From an uncultured Gammaproteobacteria bacterium (GTDB lineage Bacteria; Patescibacteriota; Patescibacteriia; Veblenbacterales; UBA10138): a DNA stretch of 63,998 nt. Under the pieces are notes generated by a model that was not told where the DNA came from, did not search any database, and saw nothing but the letters and a program-made list of their open reading frames with translations. Made by a program: the position numbers and the translations under genes. The stretch spans positions 1-63,998 of the forward strand of contig CAYGDX010000005.1 of assembly GCA_964348825.1 (NCBI GenBank), read 5' to 3'. Numbering within the stretch: the stretch's first letter is position 1; every line of letters starts with the position of its first letter. Shown here one piece after another: positions 1-9,257 of this stretch.

Positions 1-55
1 ACTACAGCGAGACACATTCAAAAGGAAAGCGCATGAGAATTTTTCACATAAAAAA
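1..55. repeat. Terminal direct repeat, copy 1 (assembly overlap of a circular molecule)
   Basis: Bases 1-55 are identical to bases 63944-63998. Confidence 0.95.
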
Positions 56-421
56 TAGATGGCTACAACCATCCGTGCTAAGAAGAAACCATGTGCTAAC
101 CCAATTTCACGTAATCGAGTTTTTTGTCAATCAGGTTATTATCTTTTTACTTTTATTTAGGACAAGCAAACTTTATCCATTTACCATTCATGGATTTGGC
201 ACGTTCCCAGTGTATCAATATTACCAGTATTGATAATCCGAGAACATGCCGATTCGAGCAACAATGCTCAGCTCTTTTGTTCCTACCACAGAACACTTTA
301 GCCTTTTGCAGAGGCTAGGTAAAGGCACACCCTCATAAGAGGCTTATTTGTTGTGTCCTTTAACTTTAGTATATCATACTCGATTGTAATTGAAAGGTCA
401 ATAGGTATTTTGGGGAAATTT

Positions 422-634
422 ATGCTTTTTTATCATAAATGTTTCCTAAAAAGTAAAAATGAGGTGAAAGTCTTGATTGCAAAAAAATACAAGACTGAGG
501 AAGAGGTTAAGGCAAGGAGGGAAGAGATAGCGAGACAAAAGCGTGAATGGAGAAAAAACAACCCTGAGAAGCAGCAGGCTATCTATGATCGGTTTTATGC
601 GAAGAAGGCAGGAGTACAAAAGGAGGATTTATGA
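422..634 (+). CDS. Small K/E/R-rich hypothetical protein
   Basis: ORF in frame of 353..634. ATG 422 follows GGGGA; alternative TTG 474 follows GAGGTG. Stop overlaps next gene start. Confidence 0.4.
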   Translation: MLFYHKCFLKSKNEVKVLIAKKYKTEEEVKARREEIARQKREWRKNNPEKQQAIYDRFYAKKAGVQKEDL

Positions 635-1302
635 ACAACATCGCAACTATTCATGTAGAAATTGATCTCGGGGTAAATTCACACGATGGAGCAGTCATAG
701 TTAGTAGCCGACACATAGCTCAAGTATTTAATAAGGAGCATAAAGATGTGCTTCGAGCTATTCAAAATTGTAGCTGTAGTGATGAATTCGGACGGCGTAA
801 TTTTAAGCAGTCCTCATACAAGAATGAGCAGAACAAAAAGCAGCCAGAGGTCTTACTAACCAAAGATGGATTCGCTTTTATCGTAATGGGGTTCACTGGA
901 AAGAAAGCAGCTCAATTCAAAGAAGCTTACATTAATCGTTTCAATGAAATGGAAAAGGCCCTCAAGGATCTCAATATTGCAAGACTTGAATATCCCGAGC
1001 TAACCGAGGCTATTAAATCAATGCACACGGAACCAAAGTTCTTCCACTACTCAAACGAAGCGGATATGTTCAATCAAATTATCCTCGGCATGAAAGCAAA
1101 GCAATTTCGAAGAATACATGGTCTTGAAAAAGGCGAGTCAATTAGACCGAAACTAACGCCATTCCAAGCAGAAGCCATGAGGAAGCTACAGCAGTTTGAC
1201 GTTGGCCTAGTGGTAGCGGTTTCCGACTTCAAGGAACGCAAAAAGATACTTACTACTTATTTCATGCAGATGTATTTTCCAGAGTCATTAAAAATTGAAT
1301 GA
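631..1302 (+). CDS. Rha-family phage regulatory protein
   Basis: N-terminal VIVSSRHIAQVFNKEHKDVLRAIQN matches the Phage_pRha signature. ATGA overlap with upstream ORF. Confidence 0.75.
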   Translation: MNNIATIHVEIDLGVNSHDGAVIVSSRHIAQVFNKEHKDVLRAIQNCSCSDEFGRRNFKQSSYKNEQNKKQPEVLLTKDGFAFIVMGFTGKKAAQFKEAYINRFNEMEKALKDLNIARLEYPELTEAIKSMHTEPKFFHYSNEADMFNQIILGMKAKQFRRIHGLEKGESIRPKLTPFQAEAMRKLQQFDVGLVVAVSDFKERKKILTTYFMQMYFPESLKIE

Positions 1303-1318
1303 AGGCGAGGAAGCAAAA

Positions 1319-1588
1319 ATGTTATTCAGTAAAAAGGTCAACGGTGCAATCGAAAATGTTATGGCTAAGGGTGCAAAATCTAAAAGTCGCAAAGTGAGTT
1401 TGCTTTCCGGTCTGCAAAATACCTTAACCGGACTCAAAGAAGAGGAACAAGTTCTGGAAGATGTTCGCTCAGAAATCAGAGGCATTATGTGTAACCTCGA
1501 AGTTGAAAACGAAATGCTGGGGAAAGAGCTGTTATCTATTTCTGCGGTTCGGTCAAACATTGAAAAGTTGCTCGGCAGCGGAGAGTGA
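1319..1588 (+). CDS. Hypothetical coiled-coil protein
   Basis: ORF with GGCGAGGAAG Shine-Dalgarno before ATG 1319. The ORF track starts at 1295. Confidence 0.5.
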   Translation: MLFSKKVNGAIENVMAKGAKSKSRKVSLLSGLQNTLTGLKEEEQVLEDVRSEIRGIMCNLEVENEMLGKELLSISAVRSNIEKLLGSGE

Positions 1589-1661
1589 TAATTGGAGGGA
1601 ATAAGCCCAATCTAAATCAGGAAGTGCTTATTAAAAATTAAACGAAAGCGAGTGGAACAAA

Positions 1662-2006
1662 TTGAAATGTTATGACTTTGAAAAAGCCAAGGAACTAATT
1701 GCAAAACATGGGGAAGAAGTTAAGGAAGCTAGTTTGGGGATGCACGAAGATTGGACGTGGACAGCAGAAACCATTTTTGAAGATGGCGAGTTTACTCAAG
1801 AGCTTAAAGACGGCGATAAAATTGCGGGTATCAACGGTTCGGGTTGGGCTACTCCTGTTTTAGAAATCGAATTCAAGGATGGCAGAACCGAAACCTTCAA
1901 TTGCTTCAAGGGGGAAAGCACGGGCAATAAACCTAGTTACTTTTCTTTGGGAGTATTGTCTAGTCCGTGCCAAGAGCTAAGGGATGGAATAGAAGTAAAG
2001 GAGTAA
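1662..2006 (+). CDS. Hypothetical protein
   Basis: 114-aa ORF with TTG start, plausible globular composition, tight packing. Confidence 0.5.
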   Translation: MKCYDFEKAKELIAKHGEEVKEASLGMHEDWTWTAETIFEDGEFTQELKDGDKIAGINGSGWATPVLEIEFKDGRTETFNCFKGESTGNKPSYFSLGVLSSPCQELRDGIEVKE

Positions 2007-2010
2007 ATCG

Positions 2011-2157
2011 ATGCAACTTACAAACTCAATCTTCCTAAACCACGCACTCCCATTCCTAGCACTCTTGCAACTCTCAATGCACTACTACCACTGGAAAAAA
2101 GAAAATGCCCGCAAACGTTCGCAGCGTTTACGGGCCAGAGAAAAACTCTCAATCTAG
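2011..2157 (+). CDS. Small hypothetical protein (48 aa)
   Basis: ATG 2011 preceded by AAAGGAG. Below the 60-aa cutoff of the ORF track; hand translated. Confidence 0.35.
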   Translation: MQLTNSIFLNHALPFLALLQLSMHYYHWKKENARKRSQRLRAREKLSI

Positions 2158-2210
2158 TATACCACTTTTGATTAGAACTATTCCATCCCCAAAAGAAAGG
2201 GGGTATTGGC

Positions 2211-2450
2211 ATGAACATAGACCGGAAAAGGAAGCTGGAGTGCATAGATGCTCAATGCGGATTTACTAAAGAACGTTGTTTGAAGTTCTTGGGTCGAGAA
2301 TGTATCAAGCTAGGTGGAACAAGATTTCCTTTGCAATCTAGCTCAGTTAGCGAAAGTTTTCCTTTGAGCGTTCCTGCTCAAACTTCTAGGATGAAACCTT
2401 ATTTCATAACTGACGGATGGGCAATTGAGGATGAGGAGGATGATTTATGA
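2211..2450 (+). CDS. Hypothetical protein with acidic C-terminus
   Basis: 79-aa ORF preceded by AAAGGGGG. Stop overlaps next start (ATGA). Confidence 0.45.
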   Translation: MNIDRKRKLECIDAQCGFTKERCLKFLGRECIKLGGTRFPLQSSSVSESFPLSVPAQTSRMKPYFITDGWAIEDEEDDL

Positions 2451-2794
2451 AGGACTTAACCAAAGACCAACTATTTGTAATTCAACAACTAGCAAAAAGT
2501 CCTTTAATTACTAAAGTTGGCTGGGATATCGAAAACGGAATGACCCGAATTACAGTTAAATCAACTATAGGAGCAGATTGGAATGCGGTTGATGCAACTA
2601 TTGGTACAGTTTTAAAGGCAGAGCTTTCAGAGCTTGAGTATATGGGCATTCCTGCAAAATACACAAATCCTTCTACTGGGATTGAGGAAGAAATGCACTT
2701 TATTAACTTTAATGGCGAGACACTTATTTGGCTGATTATGCAGTTAGCTCCTGCGAAATGGAGTCCTCAAGACATACTCCGACAGGAGGGGTAA
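2447..2794 (+). CDS. Hypothetical protein
   Basis: 115-aa ORF, translationally coupled to upstream gene. Confidence 0.55.
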   Translation: MKDLTKDQLFVIQQLAKSPLITKVGWDIENGMTRITVKSTIGADWNAVDATIGTVLKAELSELEYMGIPAKYTNPSTGIEEEMHFINFNGETLIWLIMQLAPAKWSPQDILRQEG

Positions 2795-2795
2795 C

Positions 2796-3026
2796 GTGAA
2801 GTCTTTCAGCGAACGAGTCAAGCCATTCCTCATACATCTTGAAAATTGCAATGGCTGCGTAGGCAAAAGAAACCCTAGCAACTGTAAGTTCGCCTTGGAA
2901 TGCTCCGTGACAGAAGTTTTAAGCAGAAGGGGGCTGATAACTAATTCTAAAGAGTTGTTGCTTTATAGCAGTAATCATCGTAGCACTGGTTATTTTCCCG
3001 AGGGATGTGTTAGCACCGATTTCTAA
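2796..3026 (+). CDS. Cys-rich small protein; possibly the N-terminal part of the following 3D-domain gene
   Basis: GTG start 2 nt after previous stop. CxxC..C..C pattern. Overlaps the 3007 ORF in another frame. Confidence 0.4.
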   Translation: MKSFSERVKPFLIHLENCNGCVGKRNPSNCKFALECSVTEVLSRRGLITNSKELLLYSSNHRSTGYFPEGCVSTDF

Positions 3027-3402
3027 GCCTGTGAAGGTTAATGTTAGTCGGAGTGTTGCGGAGGTTGTTGAGCGTAGGGTGATGGTTTGCACGGCATATA
3101 CAGCAGGATTTGAAAGCACCGGAAAAGTCCCATCCGATTCAGATTATGGTCAAGTGGCAATCAGTACGCCTAATAATCCTGTTTACGCTAAAGAATGGTA
3201 CACGATTGCAGCACCACCAAGTATTCCGATAGGGACGAAAATCTATATTCCTTATTTTGTGGACAAGCCCAATCGTGGGGTGTTTGTTGTGGAGGATAGA
3301 GGTGGACAAATTAAGGGCGATAGGTTGGACGTATTTATGGAGAAGCGTGAGGATGCCTTGGAATTTGGGAAAAGAGATTTGGAAGTTTGGGTGAGGTATT
3401 GA
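3007..3402 (+). CDS. 3D domain protein (MltA/YuiC-like cell-wall-binding or lytic fold)
   Basis: CTAYTAGFESTGK...GTKIYIPYF...VVEDRGGQIKGDRLDVFM matches the 3D domain signature. Confidence 0.7.
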   Translation: MLAPISKPVKVNVSRSVAEVVERRVMVCTAYTAGFESTGKVPSDSDYGQVAISTPNNPVYAKEWYTIAAPPSIPIGTKIYIPYFVDKPNRGVFVVEDRGGQIKGDRLDVFMEKREDALEFGKRDLEVWVRY

Positions 3403-3409
3403 GGGGAGG

Positions 3410-4798
3410 GTGAAAGTGTACAACGAGATTGTTGTTGATAATTTTTGCGGAGGTGGGGGAGCTTCTACCGGAATATCCTTAGCAATCGGCAGATCGATAG
3501 ACATAGCCATAAACCACGATCCTGCCGCAATAGCCATGCACAAGGTCAATCATCCGGACACAAGGCATTATAACGAATCGGTTTGGGAAGTTGAACCTCT
3601 CAAAGTAGCGAACGGTAGGCCGGTAGCCTTGGTTTGGTTAAGTCCGGATTGTAAACATTTCTCCAAGGCCAAGGGTGGAAAACCTGTTGAAAAGAGCGTT
3701 AGGGGCCTAGCGTGGGTAGCTGTCCGATGGGCGGCAACGGTAAAGCCTCGGGTGATTATACTCGAAAATGTTGAGGAATTTAAAACATGGGGGCCGCTAC
3801 TTAAAAACGGAATGCCCGACACTAAGCAGAGAGGGAGAACATTCAACGCATTTGTTAACGCACTTAAAAAACAAGGATATCACGTTCAGCATAGAGAGTT
3901 AAGGGCTTGTGATTACGGAGCACCGACGATTCGCAAACGGTTTTTCCTTGTTGCAAGATGTGACGGACAACCGATTTCATGGCCCAAGCCAACTCATGGA
4001 GATCCAAGAAGTACAGATGTTATTGCCGGTAGACTAAAGCCATGGAGAGTGGCCGCCGAGATAATAGATTGGTCGATACCTTGCCCATCAATATTCGAAC
4101 GCAAGAAACCCCTGGCAAGTAACACGCTAAGCCGCATAGCAAGGGGAACCCAAAAGTTCATCATCAACGACACTAATCCTTTCATAGCACCAATCAATTT
4201 CGATGCTAATGATCATTCAGGACAGGTCGCGTCATTTCTAATTAGCTACCATTCTGAAACAACCGCACATGAGGTAAGGGGATTAAGTCTAGATGGGCCT
4301 ATTCACACAATCGATGCCTCCAATAGATTTGCCCTTGTATCTGCTTTCGTCGTCCAAAACTACAAAACATCAGTAGGCCAACCACTTAATAATCCCTTGA
4401 ACTCAATAACGACAGTTAATAAAGCGAGTCTAGTTACAGCATTCTTAATAAAATACTATGGTTCGGATTTGGGACAAACGCTTGATGGGCCATTACACAC
4501 AGTGACCACAAAAGACAGATTCGGATTAGTCACGATTCATGGGCAGGATTTTCAAATTATGGATATCGGAATGAGAATGTTGAAACCCCACGAACTGTTT
4601 GCGGCACAAGGATTTCCCCTCGATTACATCATTGACCGTGATTCGGAAGGCAAGGCATATCCGCTAACTGAGCAAACGGCAAGGTGCGGCAATGCAGTTC
4701 CTCCACCATTCGCGGAGCATCTTGTTAGGGCAAATTTACCCGAGCTATGCGACAGGAACCCAATGGGAATACCACAGCAACTAGCCTTATTTCATTAA
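3410..4798 (+). CDS. DNA (cytosine-5) methyltransferase
   Basis: Motif I DNFCGGGG, motif IV SPDCKHFS, ENV (ILENVEEF), motif VIII CDYGAPTIRKRFFLVA, motif X GNAVPPP. Confidence 0.9.
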   Translation: MKVYNEIVVDNFCGGGGASTGISLAIGRSIDIAINHDPAAIAMHKVNHPDTRHYNESVWEVEPLKVANGRPVALVWLSPDCKHFSKAKGGKPVEKSVRGLAWVAVRWAATVKPRVIILENVEEFKTWGPLLKNGMPDTKQRGRTFNAFVNALKKQGYHVQHRELRACDYGAPTIRKRFFLVARCDGQPISWPKPTHGDPRSTDVIAGRLKPWRVAAEIIDWSIPCPSIFERKKPLASNTLSRIARGTQKFIINDTNPFIAPINFDANDHSGQVASFLISYHSETTAHEVRGLSLDGPIHTIDASNRFALVSAFVVQNYKTSVGQPLNNPLNSITTVNKASLVTAFLIKYYGSDLGQTLDGPLHTVTTKDRFGLVTIHGQDFQIMDIGMRMLKPHELFAAQGFPLDYIIDRDSEGKAYPLTEQTARCGNAVPPPFAEHLVRANLPELCDRNPMGIPQQLALFH

Positions 4799-4815
4799 GA
4801 AAGGAACTAAAAAAA

Positions 4816-5169
4816 ATGGATAAATACCAAATCGCTGTCTACAATGCCCTGCGAAAGTTAGGTATCCCTGCACATGTTAAGGGGTATGAGTTTTTGAAAT
4901 CCGCAATGAAAATCATCAACAAAGACACTCAATCTATCTTCTCAATGATGAAGCTCTATGAAGCAGTAGCTAAGGAACATGACACAACGGATAAGAAGGT
5001 TGAGAGAGGTATCAGACACGCCATTAGTCTTATTAGGGCTGATGATGCAGGGCAGTATTCGGTGCTAGGAAAAACAGGGCATTTGGCTAATAGGGAGTTT
5101 TTATCTACTCTCAACGAAAGCATAAAGCTGATGTTGGCGACTGAGGAAAGTCTGGCTGAGGCGAAATGA
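4816..5169 (+). CDS. Spo0A C-terminal (DNA-binding effector) domain-only protein
   Basis: GIPAHVKGYEFLKSAM and TTDKKVERGIRHAISL parallel B. subtilis Spo0A GVPAHIKGYLYLREAI and TTASRVERAIRHAIEV. No receiver domain. Confidence 0.8.
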   Translation: MDKYQIAVYNALRKLGIPAHVKGYEFLKSAMKIINKDTQSIFSMMKLYEAVAKEHDTTDKKVERGIRHAISLIRADDAGQYSVLGKTGHLANREFLSTLNESIKLMLATEESLAEAK

Positions 5170-5400
5170 AGAAACCAAAAGACCCACACCTTTACGATCC
5201 CCTTTAGTGGGGTTGCAAGGATTGAGGGAGAGAACACCTCCCAATAGTTTGACAAACCTACTTAGTCAGTAGATCCGTGAAAGTGCATATTCGTAGCATA
5301 AAAACCTTATGGAGTCGCGTTACCGTAAGTCAAAACGGGGCATGGGTAGCTTGTAAGGTTGCCGACTTGATGTGTAAAAATCATCAAGAAGGTAGTAAGG

Positions 5401-6141
5401 GTGGAACAAAAGCACATAGTAATGTTTTCCGGCGGTGCTGCAAGTTCGGTAGTCGCCAAGATGGTTGCAGATAAATTTCCGAACGATACAATTTTACTCC
5501 ATACTCCAGCAGGAGCAGAACACAAGGATGCGGATAGATTTAGGGAGCAAGTCGCAAAGTTTATAGGATTGCCAATAACGGTAGAATCGGCAAGCAAAAC
5601 GCTTTGGGAGTTAGTTGAGAGTAGGAAATATCTTCCCACAAACAACCTTCCATTCTGCACAACAGAACTTAAATTAATCCCAAAGGATAGATTCTTAAAG
5701 CGTTATGAAAAACAGGGAATTGACTTCATTCAATACTTAGGGTTGGGCGTTGATGAATGGCGAAGAATTCAGAAAGTATGGGCCAGAAATCAACAAGACG
5801 GTCGCAAGGTTGAATTTCCCCTCATGGATGCAAGGCTAACCGGAGCAGATTGCCAAAGAATTATCCGCGAAGAATGGAAAATTTGTTTACCTCAACCATA
5901 TATGTACCTTAGCCATAACAATTGCATTCCATGTTACAAGGGTGGTCAAGCTCATTGGTACAAAGTCTGGAAACACTATCCAGAAGAGTTCGGCAGAGCA
6001 TTAAGGGCAGAGCGTAAAGCTGAAAATACTGTTTTTAATGGGATTAGTCTTGAGGAACTTGCTAAAAAGTGGACAAATGAGCCAGATCAGATGGACCTGT
6101 TTGGAGATCAAGAAGGCATACCTTGTATGTGTGCATTGTAA
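5401..6141 (+). CDS. PP-loop ATPase, PAPS-reductase-like family
   Basis: N-terminal IVMFSGGAASSV PP-loop (SGGxxS). C-terminal CIPC pair. GTG start after AAGGTAGTAAGG. Confidence 0.65.
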   Translation: MEQKHIVMFSGGAASSVVAKMVADKFPNDTILLHTPAGAEHKDADRFREQVAKFIGLPITVESASKTLWELVESRKYLPTNNLPFCTTELKLIPKDRFLKRYEKQGIDFIQYLGLGVDEWRRIQKVWARNQQDGRKVEFPLMDARLTGADCQRIIREEWKICLPQPYMYLSHNNCIPCYKGGQAHWYKVWKHYPEEFGRALRAERKAENTVFNGISLEELAKKWTNEPDQMDLFGDQEGIPCMCAL

Positions 6142-6152
6142 GGAGTGAACCC

Positions 6153-6344
6153 ATGAACCAAAACGTTTACGAAACCCTAAACGAAGCTCGAAAAAAGCTA
6201 TTCGATATACAGACTTCATATGCAGCTAAAGATGATGTTTTAAGGCTTGAGTTGGATATTGTTGCAATGGCTGTAGACGATTCGTTAGATGAATTGGATC
6301 GGTTGGGGAAGAGGATTAGGGAATTAGAGAGTGGAGGGAAATAA
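6153..6344 (+). CDS. Hypothetical coiled-coil protein
   Basis: ATG 6153 preceded by AAGGAG; 63 aa. Confidence 0.5.
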   Translation: MNQNVYETLNEARKKLFDIQTSYAAKDDVLRLELDIVAMAVDDSLDELDRLGKRIRELESGGK

Positions 6345-6345
6345 A

Positions 6346-7248
6346 TTGAAGGCTAAAACAATTAAAGCCATTCTGACTAAAAAGCACAAGGATTTCGTTG
6401 CTTCAATCCAAGATGAAGAAGTGCAAAAATTAGTCGAGAAAAACTCAATCATCACCGGCGGGTCAATCGTTTCTATGTTGCTCGGTGAACAGGTTAATGA
6501 CTTTGACTATTACTTCACCAACAAAGAAACGGTATTGGCTGTCACTAACTACTATGTGAATAAATTTAACGAGTTAAATCCAGACAAGAACCCTAAGCCT
6601 GTGGTGGTAGAAACAGAGAATCGTGTGAGGATAAGGATTCAAAGCATGGGTATAGCATCCGAGGGACAAAAGTCAGAATACCAATATTTTGAAACAGTTG
6701 ATCCATCGGAGGGTACGAATTTTATTGATGAGGTTGCGGATGTCCTAGAAAAAGAGCTGGAAGAAAAGCAAAACTATAGACCAATATTTCTTTCAGACAA
6801 TGCCATTACCTTATCGGGAAAAATTCAGCTTGTAATTAGGTTTTACGGCGAAACTGAAGAGATACACGATAACTATGATTTTGTCCATGCAATGTGTTAT
6901 TGGAGATCGGAAAATAATCACTTAGATTTACCTAAAAAATCATTAGAGGCGACAATAACACGCGAGTTGGTTTATCACGGTTCCAAGTATCCTTTAGCTT
7001 CAATAATCCGCACAAGAAAATTCATACAAAGAGGTTGGAGTATTAACGCAGGGCAATATCTGAAAATGTGCTTGCAGATAAACGAATTGGACTTGAAAGA
7101 TGTTGAAGTTCTGGAAGAACAACTAACAGGAATGGATGCCGCTTACTTTGTGCAAGTCTTATCACTCATAAGGAAACGCATGGATGAAGATGAAAACTTT
7201 AAATTAACAAGTGCGTATTTAATTGAAATTATCGACCGGATATTTTAA
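6346..7248 (+). CDS. Class II nucleotidyltransferase-like protein (CCA-adding enzyme / poly(A) polymerase head domain)
   Basis: GGSIVSMLLGEQVNDFDYY fits GGxVRDxLLGxxxxDxD. FLSDNAITL resembles the RDFTINA motif. TTG 6346 follows GGAGGG. Confidence 0.45.
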   Translation: MKAKTIKAILTKKHKDFVASIQDEEVQKLVEKNSIITGGSIVSMLLGEQVNDFDYYFTNKETVLAVTNYYVNKFNELNPDKNPKPVVVETENRVRIRIQSMGIASEGQKSEYQYFETVDPSEGTNFIDEVADVLEKELEEKQNYRPIFLSDNAITLSGKIQLVIRFYGETEEIHDNYDFVHAMCYWRSENNHLDLPKKSLEATITRELVYHGSKYPLASIIRTRKFIQRGWSINAGQYLKMCLQINELDLKDVEVLEEQLTGMDAAYFVQVLSLIRKRMDEDENFKLTSAYLIEIIDRIF

Positions 7249-7259
7249 GGAGGAAGAAA

Positions 7260-9257
7260 ATGCAAACTGATATTCGCCTACAATCCCTATCATTCAAAAA
7301 CATCAAGGGCTTTGAGGATTATGCTATAAACTTTGATGGCAAAAACACTGACATATTTGGAAGGAACGCAACAGGAAAATCAAGTACCTATGATTTATTT
7401 CTTTGGATTTTGTTCGGAAAAGATTCCTTCAATCGCTCTGATTATCAGATTAAACCCCAGGACGAAGAGGGCAACGAACGTCATCATTTAGATTGCATTG
7501 CCGAGGCAAACCTAACTATAAACGGCAAGCCCTTAAAACTAAAACGCCAGCTTTCGGAAAAATGGACGAAGCGACAAGGGACTCAAACTAAGGAATTCAC
7601 AGGCAACGAGACTTCCTATTGGGCCAACGATGTCCCGACAAAAGCAAAAGACTATGCCGTGGAAATTGGCTCACTCATAAAAGAGAACATTTTCAAACTC
7701 CTAACAAATCCACTCTTCTTCAACACAAATGAGAAGGGGTTCGGATGGCAGGAACGCAGGAAAATTCTCTTTGAAATATGCGGTGATGTAACGGATGTCG
7801 AGGTAATTGATTCTAATGTAACAGTTTCAGACAAAAGTATGCTCGATTTACTCCCCATCATCAATTCAGGCCGAACGATTGAGCAACACAAATTAGTTGT
7901 TGCCGATAAGATCAAATCCACTAAGGCAAGCATGGACGGCATACCTTCGAGAATCAACGAGCAACAACGAAATATCCCTGTGGATGCGGTTGATTATGCC
8001 GCACTGGAAACCTCACTATTGGATCAAAAAGAGGTTCTAGTTGGCATTGAATCTGAATTAGCCACAAATGCCCTCGGAGCTAGTATATATCGTCAAAAAC
8101 AACAACAAGCACATAGGGTTCAAGGTGAAATTGATACTCGTAAAAAAGAGATTGATGCCGAGTTGGGTAAGGGACTTAAACGGTTAGTGGACGAGAAGGC
8201 AAGTCTTGAAAATGAGAAATACCGAATTAGTGCGGATATTTCTTCTCTCAACAATAAGACTGACCTTAAATTCAAGGAATCCGAATCGATTGGATTAAAG
8301 ATTTTGGAACTACGCAAGACGTGGAAAGACGAGGAGTCTAAACAATTTATTAAGCCTGAAGGATTTACTTGTCCTACTTGCGAGCAAGCGTTATCGGAAG
8401 GACAGCAAGAGGAAAAATTAAAGCAATTACAATACAACTTTGACAAAAATAAACTTCAGTTACTTGCTTCTGTAAAAGCAGAGGGAAAGCAAAAAGCTGA
8501 ATCAATTCAATTAATTACTTTGGAACTTGCCGAAATCAAGGACGCTATTGATACCTTGAATACTGAACTGAAACGAGTTACCGACCGTCTTGCCGAACTC
8601 GAAACGGAAATAGCATCCCAACAAAAAACAGAGGAACCAAATTACTTTACTGATGTGAATTATGGAATCCTCACTACTAGGCTCAATGAACTTAATGCTG
8701 AATTGGACAAGCCCATCGAGGACACAACAACCGAACTTCTTGCCAAAAAGCGTGAAGTCACTGAGCAGATTGAATCCCTAAACAAAACTCTTAATCAAAA
8801 GGAAGTTGTTGAAAAGGCTAAGATTCGCATTGATGAATTAAAGGCAGAAGAAAGCAAGTTCGCTGCCGAGTTGAATGGATGGGAACGACAGGACTTTCTG
8901 CTCAAGCAATTCACAAAGGCTAAGGTCAAAATGCTGGAGGATGCGATTAATAGCAGATTTAAGACGGTTAGGTTTAAGGTATTCGACATCTTGCAGGATG
9001 GGACCGAGAAAGAGACTTGTAAGACGTTGGTTAATACCAATGGCAGATGGGTTGAGTTCGATGGGGCGAATAATGGCGGCAAGATTAATGCAGGGCTAGA
9101 TATTATCGGTATGCTGTCGGAGTTTTATGGGGTTAGCTGCCCGATATTTATCGATAACAGCGAGTCGGTAAGTAGCTTTACCGAAATTAAGTCGCAGGTT
9201 ATTAAGCTCGTTGTGAGTGTGGATGATAGCGTTCTGAGGGTGGAGGTTGATGGCTAA
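7260..9257 (+). CDS. Rad50/SbcC-like SMC-family ATPase of the recombination module
   Basis: Walker A GRNATGKSS, long central coiled coil with CPTC zinc-hook-like motif, C-terminal signature/D-loop region IFIDNSES. Confidence 0.8.
   Translation: MQTDIRLQSLSFKNIKGFEDYAINFDGKNTDIFGRNATGKSSTYDLFLWILFGKDSFNRSDYQIKPQDEEGNERHHLDCIAEANLTINGKPLKLKRQLSEKWTKRQGTQTKEFTGNETSYWANDVPTKAKDYAVEIGSLIKENIFKLLTNPLFFNTNEKGFGWQERRKILFEICGDVTDVEVIDSNVTVSDKSMLDLLPIINSGRTIEQHKLVVADKIKSTKASMDGIPSRINEQQRNIPVDAVDYAALETSLLDQKEVLVGIESELATNALGASIYRQKQQQAHRVQGEIDTRKKEIDAELGKGLKRLVDEKASLENEKYRISADISSLNNKTDLKFKESESIGLKILELRKTWKDEESKQFIKPEGFTCPTCEQALSEGQQEEKLKQLQYNFDKNKLQLLASVKAEGKQKAESIQLITLELAEIKDAIDTLNTELKRVTDRLAELETEIASQQKTEEPNYFTDVNYGILTTRLNELNAELDKPIEDTTTELLAKKREVTEQIESLNKTLNQKEVVEKAKIRIDELKAEESKFAAELNGWERQDFLLKQFTKAKVKMLEDAINSRFKTVRFKVFDILQDGTEKETCKTLVNTNGRWVEFDGANNGGKINAGLDIIGMLSEFYGVSCPIFIDNSESVSSFTEIKSQVIKLVVSVDDSVLRVEVDG

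Noticed and set aside
33-318. ORFs 33..233 and 124..318
   Set aside because: They have no SD and a hydrophobic low-complexity composition. They overlap each other in an otherwise non-coding, hairpin-containing region.
7260-9257. SMC-like ATPase as a Lamassu- or Wadjet-type defence component
   Set aside because: It is embedded in a canonical phage recombination block (RecT, MBL nuclease, SSB) and has a Rad50-type CxxC hook. No LmuA-like effector or other partner genes are adjacent.
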